NCBI GenBank assembly: GCA_046563655.1 | Contig: CM102286.1 | Span: forward strand, 2,356,001-2,420,000 | Length of the DNA: 64,000 nt | Origin: Yuukianura sp. NJ FZ-2021 | Lineage: Eukaryota | Reading direction: 5' to 3' | In this document: positions 24,142 through 34,900 of the stretch, piece by piece | Position numbering within the stretch: the first letter of the stretch is position 1 | Layout: the number at the start of each line of letters is the position of its first letter | Translations under genes and position numbers: made by a program | Notes under the pieces: generated by a model | Told to the model about the DNA's origin: nothing | The model's database searches: none | Seen by the model: only the letters and a program-made list of their open reading frames with translations

Positions 24142-25004
24142 AGGTCAAAGTATCTGGTAGTGAATGCTGATGAAGGAGAGCCCGGTACTTGTAAAGATCG
24201 TGACATCATGCGGCACGACCCACACAAGTTAGTGGAAGGATGCTTAGTGGCTGGAAGAGCAATGGGAGCCAGGGCTGCTTACATCTACATCAGAGGAGAG
24301 TTCTACAATGAGGCATCTAACATGCAAGTAGCCATCAACGAGGTAAGCTAACAAATACTTCGACCAATCAGCTGTTTGCCTAAATGTCTCAAATTGGAGG
24401 TTTTCCAACTTCATTTTATGAAATCTGCCTTTCGTTTTTAGGCTTACCAACGTGAGCTGATTGGAAAGAATGCTTGTGACTCAGGCTACGACTTTGACGT
24501 GTTTATGCATCGTGATGCTGGTGCCTACATCTGCGGAGAGGAAACTAATCGAAAACTGATCGAAAGCCTGGAAGGAAAACCTCGCCTCAAGCCTCCTTTC
24601 CCAGCTGACATTGGGGTATTCGGATGTCCAACGACAGTGGCCAACGTCGAAACCGTGGCAGTAGCCCCTGCGATTTGTCGACGCGGCGGAACATGGTTTC
24701 TGTCCTTTGGGAGGCCCCGCAACTCGGGAACGAAGTTCTTCAATATCTCTGGGCATGTAAAATATCCATGCACCGAGCACCGTTGAAGAAGAAATGTCAA
24801 TTCTACTAAAGTAAGTCTTTTACTACAGTACAAGTTAGAAAGATGCGATCCCGTAACTATAAATGCACGCCAATTTCAAAATTGTTCTGTTCTTGTATTT
24901 TAGGGAGTTGATTGAGCGCCATTGTGGTGGAGTGACTGGCGGATGGGACAATTTGCTGGGTGTCATTCCTGGGGGGCTCCTCTACTCCGATTATCCCAAA
25001 AAAG
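24142..25004 (+). pseudogene. NDUFV1: NADH dehydrogenase 51-kDa flavoprotein, central exons
   Basis: [18 protein letters not shown]...[10 protein letters not shown]...[26 protein letters not shown]...[13 protein letters not shown]. Frameshifts come from a 7-bp duplication (~24775) and an extra G (~24975), and there are indels around [16 protein letters not shown]. Confidence 0.93.
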
Positions 25005-25069
25005 GTCTGATCCGAAATTAATCTTAAACTTAACTTTTCAACACTAAAAAATGCTTAAAAGTCGCTTAC

Positions 25070-25596
25070 TGTAGATTAGTTGTTGCAAGGATCTGGAGAC
25101 AACTGCTGATGACAGATAGAGAGTGAAAGCGGCGGGCGAGTGACTGGAGAGGAGTTGTTGGAAGGTCAGTTAACTCCCTTCTTGTGTTCTTGAAACGAAT
25201 TCACCCAAACGTCGTTCCGAATCGAAAGAACAATCTGATGACATCAAGACAAAAAAAAATCAAAGTAAACCAATTGAACTAAAATACGACAAGAATACTG
25301 TTGAATATAACTTACTTTTCCTGTAAAAGTGGAACCCAGAATATTGCTCTCACTGATCACGCGTACAACGTTTGGAGAAAACGTCGATTCGTTGCCGAAT
25401 GGCTTAATCCCAGCCAAGTAAACGGTGACACACAAAGGTTTCACGGATTCGACGCCCAGAGTGTCCGGAAGAACAAAGATTTGCTTCGTGGCCCTAACGA
25501 GGAAGTTGCCGCAATCTATGAGGAAGACACGGATCTGAGGATTCTCTGAGTTTTCGCCCAAAATACTGTCCACTCGTCCTCGACGATTTAATTTGA
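25070..25596 (-). pseudogene. Extended Tudor domain gene fragment (TDRD-like)
   Basis: RRGRVDSIL...IRVFLIDCG...IFVLPDTL...PLCVTVYLAGIKP...FS fits the extended Tudor pattern. There is a GT-AG intron at ~25316-25244 and no start or upstream exons were found. Confidence 0.6.
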
Positions 25597-25695
25597 GTTG
25601 GCGGTGAGTGTTGACCTCTTAGAATTTGTGCCAATGGCTTGTTTCCCTACGACTGCTAGAATGGAAGTGGGGACAGAAAAGCTAGGGAAGAAAAG

Positions 25696-26560
25696 CAGGG
25701 GTGGTAAAGCTCCAGTTCCGTTCCGTGTCTGTTCCAGTTCCGTTCCGTTTCTGTTCCATAATTTTTTGGAACATGAAATCCGATTCGGTTTCGTTCCTGT
25801 TCCAAAATTGGAAACGGAACTGCAACAGAACGGAAGGTTCTGTGTTCCTCCGTGTTCCGCGATTTTTAGCAGTAAAAATGTCGAAAACGGAATTTTTGAC
25901 GACGAAATTTAGTTTTTAACAGATTTTCTTCATGCTGATGGATATGGTTAGCGATTCAAATGGCTATCTGGTACATTTGCAAACTTTCGAAATTGACGGC
26001 TAAGATGCATTGGCAACGGTTTCTCTACAAAGCAGGAATTTCTTGTTTCTTTTCCGTTTCTGTTTCCAGACACGCTGTTCCAGGGTTGGGTGGTTTTTGT
26101 TTTTTTTTTAAATAAAAACCAAAAAAAAAACCTGGTTTTTGGTTTAAATCAGGTTTTTTTTATGATTTAAATCAAAAGCGGGTTTATATCCAAAACAGTA
26201 TACTGAAAAGGTGTATTTTAGTAAACATATTTTCAAGTAACTAGTTATTCTAGTCATGTAACTAGTTATTCTACTTTTGACTAAAATTTGACAACTGAAG
26301 AGAAAAAGAGTTAAATAGAATAAGGAGCAGCATATAAAACAACAATTTGCGTGGAATTCGCTATTTCGAGGTGAAAAATTTCAAGAGTTACCCGTTTTCC
26401 ATGCTAATTTCTTTTTCATTTAACTCAGGTTTTATTAAATAAACAACTTGGTTTAATCCATGGTTTAAATCGATTGGTTTAAACCTGCCAACCCTGCGCT
26501 GTTCCGTTCCATTTCTGATTCTATCGAGAAACGAAACGGAACGGAACTTTCCTACCCCTA
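25696..26560. mobile_element. hAT-type non-autonomous element with GTTCC subterminal repeats
   Basis: Ends CAGGGGTGGTAAAG...GTTCCGTTCCG and CGGAACGGAACTTTCCTACCCCTA. Flanks AAGAAAAG / CAGAAAAG form a 7/8 TSD. Confidence 0.75.
26081..26496. mobile_element. 416-bp hAT-type MITE nested in the previous element
   Basis: TIRs CAGGGTTGG / CCAACCCTG and an exact 8-bp TSD CGCTGTTC (26073-80 and 26497-504). Confidence 0.92.
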
Positions 26561-26792
26561 CAGAAAAGGCATGCTTACCTTGGGTGAAGGTCATTCCTCC
26601 ATTCCCAGCTAAAGTTTATCACCATAGGTAATTAAAAAGTTGCGTCCAGCAAGAAGGAAGAGTAGGCGTCTTCCTCCTGCTCTTCGTTCCAACAAATTCT
26701 CCAGCAGAATCTGTTGGTCTTTCATTTCATTTAGATTTTTCTTTTTAGTCTTTTTACAGTGCATTTGCATTTTTCTTTTTTTTTCTTTTTAG

Positions 26793-27610
26793 TGCACGAC
26801 TCCTACAACCCAGCACCAGCAACCAATGCAGTTTACAACGGCGGCAGGATCTTTTACTGGATTTGGTATTCCAATTACCCAGGCCATGTTCAACGGAAAC
26901 ACAGTTCTTCTGCCTCAACTTCAACTTGCTGTTATAGGAAACAGCGCTCAGATTACAAGCAAGAGAGGGAATAACTTACCGGTGAAAAGGCTGGACAAGG
27001 AGGGGAGTCGGGGTGGTCGGAAGAACGAGACAACAACGCGCAGAAGTTCACACAACGCCATTGAGAGACGGTATCGCTCAAGTATCAACGACGAGTTCAT
27101 TGAGTTGAAGAATTTGGTTAGTAATCAAAAACATACTTACTACTAACTAATCCGAAGGTTAGTTAAATCTAGTTGTGTTTTGGATATTTTTAGGTATGTT
27201 CTCCGAGCGATCCTAAACGGAGAACGTTCATAAAGCTGCAATTCTGCGTTCATCGATTGCCACAATCCGTTATCTCCAAACGTCAAATGGTCGATTGGAT
27301 TTGGATAAAGAGAATTGTGAGCTGAAGAAGTCGATGTCGCAGTGTTTGACTTGTCGAAACGACATGACATTTCGTGGAATCTTGGCTGGAGCGAATCCTG
27401 GAACTCCGCCACAAACCGAAACAGAATCCACGGATTCCTCGAATCGTCCTTCACCAAACGAAGATGTCAAACCCAACGCCAAGATCAATAAATCTCCACT
27501 TCTGCTCTTCAGTCTCGCCGCAGGACTGTTTCTAATTAACCCAATTACCAACCACATTGACTCTAACCACTCCACTGCTCATCCGCATAGTCGTGTCGAA
27601 CGATCAATCG
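26793..27610 (+). pseudogene. SREBP-like fragment (bHLH-Zip and first TM helix), frameshifted
   Basis: [26 protein letters not shown] carries the SREBP-type Tyr in the basic region. Helix 2 is HKAAILRSSIATIRYLQTSN and the TM is NKSPLLLFSLAAGLFLINP with the NP motif. Exon 2 (from 27194) needs a frameshift near 27215-27225; otherwise it stops at 27323-25. Confidence 0.8.
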
Positions 27611-27686
27611 GTAACTTACTTAACTTACTTAACCTTACTGTAACGATTTATTGTTTAATAATCTTGTTTCGTTCGATTACTTACAG

Positions 27687-29228
27687 CTTTAGTCCATCCT
27701 GACAACCAAATGCTTGGGTTTTTGGCATACAACCCAGTAGATGCGTTGTGTGCCATTGAACTTCCTCACAATGAGTTCCTTCTCGTCTTCAATACGTTGG
27801 GTGTCTTTGTGGATGTGCAAGGAAGGAAATCCAGGGACACTGAAATCATGTATCCGGCTATCCCCACCTTTGTTGCCTTCTCCGACGGAAATCTACTCAT
27901 TTACAGCGAAACTCACATTGACGTGTTCGATTCTGACACTGGAGAGTGGCTCCAGACGCTGAATCTCAAGAAGAGTCGGCCACTTTGCCGAAACGGGGAG
28001 CTTGGTTTTGCATTCGTCGCGGATTTGCCACACATCATTTACTTGTCCGATCTAAGCAAAGGTTTGTTCAGCTAAATTTTATTATGAGTTCAGTAATTTT
28101 AAAAATTCAATTTCAAATTTTTGGAATTTTGATTTCAGTTGATCGTGTCCGAATTCCGGATCCAGAAATTGTACGACAGAGGACACGAAGGAAGTTTTCA
28201 GTGAGGGAGAACGCTAAAGCAGCTAAAGCGTAAGAAATTTTCGGTTTAATGCTATGTGGCTTGTCCTAAAAACTTGATAGAAAGTTAAACTCATTTTGTG
28301 ATACGTCTGGTGTCACTTGCTTAATTGCTCTCTCAGGAAACTGATGCTGCTGCTGGAAAATCAGCAACTCATTCGGTTAGTCTTTTGGTGGAAACTTGTG
28401 GTTGTTGTGATTTTAAAGTTTGAACTTTTTTTTTCTGATTTTTTAAACTTTTCTTTTTAGTTTGATTCTGAACAAACAAGAGTGTATTGATTTACATGCT
28501 TGTTTTTAAATTAAAACTTCTGGCTTTAACTGTGATTAACGAAAAGCTTGCTTACTAATTCACGGCTGTTTGGCACTCGTACCGTTTTATGTGAAATGAA
28601 ATATGAAATGAACTTAGAATTTAACACTGGGTTTTGTTTTTTTTTAGGAACACTGATCGGAGGTCAAAGTTGATTTCAGCTCCCTCCAACTTCAATCATA
28701 TTAGTCACATGGGCCCTGGAGATGGAATTCAAATTCAGCGATTGATGGATCTACCATCAGCCTTAGAAGCCACATCAGACGCACAGGGCATGCAGAGAGT
28801 GCGAAGTATGCTGCATAATTCAGCCAATCGTGGGTCTCCGTCACAGCGTCAGTTTCCGGAACCACCAAGACGATCTCTAAGTCATCAAGGAAATATACCC
28901 AATCAACCACCGCATTACAATGGAGTCAGTCCCCCTGGACTACCGCCAAGGAGACCAATGGTTCCGCCGCCAATGAGGCCACAAGCTAGATCTCCACGTG
29001 ATAATAACTCAGAGGTATTTTTTAGTCTAACTTTTCAAAATTTTGAAGTTATGTTTTTCAAAATTTGTGTTATATTTAACTTTTTAGGAAGGAACTTTGG
29101 ATGGGAGTCCTCGCCATTCGCTGACTTCCAATAACAGTTCAAATCTGAGCAGTCCACCATCACCTTCCGGAAGGCCGGGTTCGTCAAGCTATGAAAGTCA
29201 AATGGATCAGAATGACGAGAGATTGTAG
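27687..29228 (+). CDS. gek: MRCK/genghis khan (CDC42-binding kinase), 3' exons only: distal CNH, CRIB and tail
   Basis: CNH sequence [21 protein letters not shown]...[36 protein letters not shown]; tail [13 protein letters not shown]. Exons 27687-28061, 28139-28229, 28648-29014, 29088-29228. Kinase, C1 and PH exons are absent from the window. Confidence 0.88.
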
Positions 29229-30794
29229 TTTGGGCGACAACCACCGTGAAATTGTGAAATGATAACGCAAAGGCTGGGGAAAATTCGGAATTCCAAAGTT
29301 GCTGTTTTGAAAACTCGGGAATTCCAAAGTTGCTGTTTTGTTTTGCGACGAAAGTGCACAAGAGTTGTGAGTTGTAGACGAAAGTAGAAGTGAAGTATTT
29401 AGAAGATTCTTCAAACGCAAGGTGAGAAGACACGTTTTAGCAATGTTTTTCAAAGTGGTGATGCGATAGGCTACGACGTTGTTGTTTGATTTTTGGCCCT
29501 AAACGGAGACAATACTATGCTCTGTATCTGCTCTTCCATTTGCAAAAACTTTGAAATACTCTGGATTTCTCTGGAAACGTAGAAATCTAAAGTATACCAT
29601 GACCTAATTTACTTACCTTATGCCTTACATTATGCTAAAATGTACACAGTGAGTATTTAGGAGTCTTCTTCAGTTGACGTATGTGAAAAATGGCGGGCAT
29701 TAGCAGTGTACATTGCGTAAGATTTAACATGGACAACGAAGTAGCCGGTCTTTTAGGTAGAAAATGTTAATCGTTCAAAGATGGTTTGTAAACACCAGCC
29801 CAGGAGACACAGAATCACAAAAACGTAACTCGGGTATTTCCTAACTTTGTCAGAATTAATTATTATATTAATTAAGTATTAACATTATTTAATTGGTTTT
29901 GTTGAAATTCAACAGGATTTGTAAAAATCAAAGAATCTTTTTGTCTCCTATCGAATGTTTAAGGAGACGTTCGAACTGTACTTACGAGGTTACTGTTTGT
30001 TTCGAACGATTTATGAATTGAGAGTTCAACTTTTTGACAAAACAATTAATTGTATTTGGAGTCCTCTTTTTTAGCTTTACTTTGTGATATGTGATTTTTT
30101 CTTAATTTGTATTGACAAAAATGCTGAGTTGATTGTGTTTTTGACTTAAATGGGACGACAAAATGACCCAAGCAACACAAGTTCACAGGTCAAGTATTAC
30201 ATATAGCCAGTTTGTATTATTGAAGAAATACCATTTGGATAATAGAGTTAATTTAATAGATTTGAAAACTAGACTAAACTTTTCGTAGAATGTTCTTTAG
30301 GCAGTAATTAATTAAGTTTCTCTTGACGTTTCGTGTTATTATAGTTTTTTTTTTAAATTTTCCTTACCGGAAAAGTTCTTGAAATAACACACGCTTACCT
30401 AATATCACAAATTACATGAAGGAAATTGAATAAAATAATAAATTGTTCGTAGAGATGTGAATTATTGGCGTAGTATTCAGTATCAACGTTTTTACATGTT
30501 TTTTCTTAGCATGGGTAACAAGTCAATGAAACTTAACTAAAATAGGTACTTACTAACCAACCTTATATTCTTTTTTTTTTTGTAGGTGTTACAGACCCGA
30601 GATTTGAAACTGCATTCCAGAAAAGCACTTTTTCAAGGCTATGAGCATCGACGGATACTGGATGTGAAAATGCGTTAATCACTCACTCATCTCCAAACCG
30701 TATTACTTGTTGGTTGCTGGTTGTAAACCATAGGTGGGACTCTTCATGAAGAATTCTTCAATGAGGGGTAAACTTCACGAGTTATTCTTCAAAT

Positions 30795-31470
30795 TCTTGA
30801 ATTTTGAAGGGTGAAGTTTTGAGGGGTACAAATCCGGTGAAGAGTGAGGTGTTGAATTTTTGAGTTGTACGCAGATATGTGAATTTGAAGGTCTGAAGAT
30901 TTGAAGTGTATGTAGGAATTGAAGTTTGAAGTTTTGAATAGTTGAGTGGTCGCTAGCCAAGTGAATTTGAAGAGATGAAGAGATCTTCATTTCACTTCAA
31001 GCTATCCATGTTGTTGCTCCATCTCTCGCTTAGCATTAGCAAAAAGCGTTGTGGTATGCGAGTTTCAAACAACCGCGGTTGTTTACAGTTTTCGATTATC
31101 TTTGTATTTTCTCAAGCATATTCCCGTCTTGATTAAGTGCAAAATCGTTTATAACACCATAAAATGACCAGTAAATTTAAGCAAACTGTTTTGGCCGCGA
31201 AGCCTGGTATTGACGGGGATAACGACGTCATGGAGGTTCGTCCAGATGCTGCTGATACATCTGATTTTTGAAGTGAAGGTTACATGATGTTGAGGGGATG
31301 AAGTTTTGAGTTGTAAGACTGCATGTGAGTTTGAGGGGATGAGTTTTTGAAGAGCTCGATTGCAAATGAATTTGAGGGTTGAATATTTGAAGTGTAACCT
31401 AGCCAGTGAAGTTGAAGAGTTGAATATTTGAAGTGTAACTGTGCCAATGAGGTTGAAGAGTTGAGGGGTT
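30795..31470. repeat. Degenerate ~40-bp tandem repeat in two patches
   Basis: Recurrent GAATTTGAAG(G/A)GTTGAA..TTTGAAGTGTA motif at ~30795-30980 and ~31270-31470. Confidence 0.55.
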
Positions 31471-31690
31471 CTTCATTTGAAGATTCCCACCTATGTTGTA
31501 AACAATACTGTATTTACGTTTTTTTTTGTTTGGACATGTGTTTTCAGTTCTATCCAGTTCATTTTGTTCATGTGTAGTTTATTTTTTACGTTTTGCGCTT
31601 ACGATTTATTAGCGTATCTGCGACTCCGCCTATTTACTCTTTTGTTGACAGGGATCGGCGGGGTATAAGTTTCGTGGAATGGGCTGCACG

Positions 31691-31741
31691 GATGTGATAC
31701 GAGACGAGGAGGGGACTCCCCTCCTCGTCTCGTATCACATC
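31691..31741. repeat. 51-bp perfect inverted repeat upstream of ARID4
   Basis: GATGTGATACGAGACGAGGAGGGGA-C-TCCCCTCCTCGTCTCGTATCACATC: 25-bp arms with a 1-nt spacer. Confidence 0.95.
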
Positions 31742-31954
31742 TCGTCTCGCCTCAGGGGAGGGCTGAAGAGGAAGACATAGCAAGAGGATGAGAGGAGAAA
31801 ATCAAGGCGGCTTGCTAGTAATCAAGCTTTCAGTCAGATGTGAAGTACAAGTAAACAGTCTGCGTATAAGGTTGTATTGGCTAATTAATCAATCGTTTTA
31901 GGAAAGGGCTGCATTAACCGACGTGCTGGAACTCCAGCGATTGTCGAATGCGAA

Positions 31955-34900
31955 ATGGTAAGCTATTATTAGGATTTGTACTTCAAAAATTATTTACGAC
32001 CTTGTTGAAGAAGAAGCCGCTTTCTGTTTGTACGGGCGGAAAACGTTACACCTACGCTTTAACTACATAGTGAATTTATTTGTATGTTACAGCAAGAAAA
32101 CGATCCGCCATATTTGACTGTCGGGACGGAAGTGAGTGCCAAGTACAAAGGGGCCTTCTGTGAAGCCAAGATCCGAAAAGTTGTGAGAGTCGTCAAATGC
32201 AAGGTAAATATGATTAACAATGATTTTAAATGACGTTTTTTTTTTATCAGTGACTAGTAAGTGAATACGAATATGATGAATCAGATGTTAGTAATAAGTG
32301 ATTTGATCTTTCAGGTAACATTCAAGTCCGGACTGGGCAGTGTTCTCTTGTCAGATGACCAAATCAAAGGAAGTCTTCGGGTAAATTCATGCAAAGTGTC
32401 ATGCTCATCCTGATTCTACTATGTACTATGATAACTTTATAAGGCATTAACTAAAAAGATGTTCTATACAGGTAGGTGCAAACGTTGAAGCGAGACACCC
32501 CGACAAGAATGCATACATCGAAGCAGTAATCAACAAAATACAAGACTGCAGTCAATACACAGTTGTTTTTGACGATGGAGATATAACAACTCTTCGTCGT
32601 TCTGCTTTGTGTCTCAAAAGTGGACGACATTTTAATGAGAGCGATACCTTGGATCATTTGCCACTGACCCATCCAGAACATTTTAGTAATCCTGTTGTAG
32701 GAGGCAGGCGGAATGTTCGGAGGAGACGAGATGCATTGTGAGTCCTCTTTTTATTAACCTGATTCAGCCATAAAACTGGTTCTTTAATTTGATTTCGGTT
32801 GCAGGTCGGATGATATTGGTGAAGGAGATGACAGCGGAGATGATGAGTCGTTACCGTCAAGCACCAAAGGAATGTCGCAGTTCAATCAAGACGACGGAGA
32901 CGTCGATATTGGAAAAGTAGTCTGTGTGGAAATCACGGACAAGAAGAAGGGAAAAGATAGCTGGTTCCCTGCTGTCATCGTCAGTCCTTCGGCTCAGGAG
33001 ACTGTCAAGATTCGGACCAAAGATGAGTACCTTGTCAGGTCTTTCCGAGATGGACGATAGTAAGTGTATCTTGTTGCACTTAAGTTTCTTCGATGCCTAA
33101 TATGACTTGTGACATTACTAATATCATTCCAACTTTTTAGCTATACAGTTCCGAAGAAGGAAATCACAAGTTTTTCCAAAGACAGCCACGGTCTAAAGAA
33201 CGATGCAAATTCGAACATTCTCAAAACCGGTAAGGTTATGGTTTAAACAGCATAAGAGCAAAAAGTGAACCATTTTGTAATTGCCTCCTACTGTTTTTAG
33301 CTATTGAGAAGGCGATTCAATTCATTGACAAAAATGAGCTGCCAGCACACTGGGATAAGGACATCCTGTTTTCCGCTGTTGACGATCCCACTGAAGAAAT
33401 TGAAGATCCCGGTGAGGGTTCCGATTCAGAGGTAAGTTTTCCTCTTCTTTATTCAGAAAACCCATGAATTCTTAACTAAACTTCATGCATTTCGGACTTG
33501 TAGGATTCGGAGGAAGATTCTCAGGCGGAGGAGAAGGACTTATTTGTGGCTAAATTGTACAAGTACATGGAGGACAGGGGAACACCAATCAACAAAGTAC
33601 CTATAGTATGTAACCGAGACCTGGATTTACACAAACTGTACAAAGTGGTAGTTGGACGTGGCGGCTACAACAAAGTGACTAATTCCAGTCAGTGGAAGTC
33701 CGTTACGGTTAAGATGGGATTCGGATCCATGCCAAGCACGTCCACGATCAATCTCGTCAAGCAAGGATACAAAAAGTATGTAAAATATAATTCCTAAGTC
33801 TTTCATGACCAAGGATGTCGAAATTATTACATTTCCTTCCATTATCTCCAGGTTTATCCACAACTTAGAAGAGTTTACGCGAAAATTGGGCTGTAATTTT
33901 CCTGCTGGAGGTTCTTCTACATCTGCACGAGCTAATCGAATTATGTTCAGAGATCGGCATACTTCTAGTTCGTCAAAGGAGTTGAAGAAAGCAGAGGAAG
34001 CCAAGGCTGCCCAAAAAGAAGCCATCAAAGAGCCTACTCCACCAGTGGAAGTTGTGGCTCCAACAATCGAGTCAACGCCTACGGTTGCCCCACCGACTCC
34101 GACCCCACCACAACCTTCTGTATCAGCAGCAACTGAAGACATAGAAGCCAAGAAGGTCGATGATGCCGAAGAGATTCCACGGAGAGCTCGCAGTCGCCAA
34201 GAAAATCGACAGAAAACGAAGGAAGAAGAGATGGAAGAGAAGGAAAAGGGAGAACAGACTCCGAGTCCTGTGAAAAAACGAAGACGAATGGCGAACAAGG
34301 ACAAGGAAGAGAAATCGTTGCCAGTAGTCACTACACCAGTCGTGCGAGCAGTATCGGAACCAGCATCATCAACATCTTCAATATCTACGCCTATAATGGC
34401 TCCTGCTTCTCCCACGAAACGAAGTATTGGAAGAGGGAAGTACAAGAGGAAAGACGAGAAAAAGGAAATGCTGGAGCCAGTTATTCCACCCGAAGAGTAT
34501 CCCACTGGCAGAGAATTTGTTGGGAAGGAGATTCAGATACAAATAGGCGATAAGCTCAGCGTTTACTATGGGAAGGAATCGGAGGGAAAGAAATACGAAG
34601 CTAAGGTAAGTAACTCAAAACTTGAATTTCAAAAATTTCATTCAGTACTTTTCAAAAATTACACTTCATCAGTTACTAACTTTCTGCAATTTAATAGGTT
34701 GTTGATCGAAACGAAAATCAAGAGCTGTTCTTTGTGCATTATGCTGGCTGGAATACGCGTTATGATGAGTGGATCCCGCGCTATCGAATCGCTGAAAATT
34801 TAAGTTTAAGGACTGAACAAGTAACTTCAGTTCCACAAGGTTGGTACTTGCAAAGCTAATTTTTGTGAATTTGAATTGTAATTTCTAATCTGAATACTAA

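Noticed and set aside
23551..25004. Bacterial nuoF horizontal transfer or NUMT
   Set aside because: It contains spliceosomal introns and animal-type NDUFV1 sequence, and NDUFV1 is nuclear-encoded in animals.
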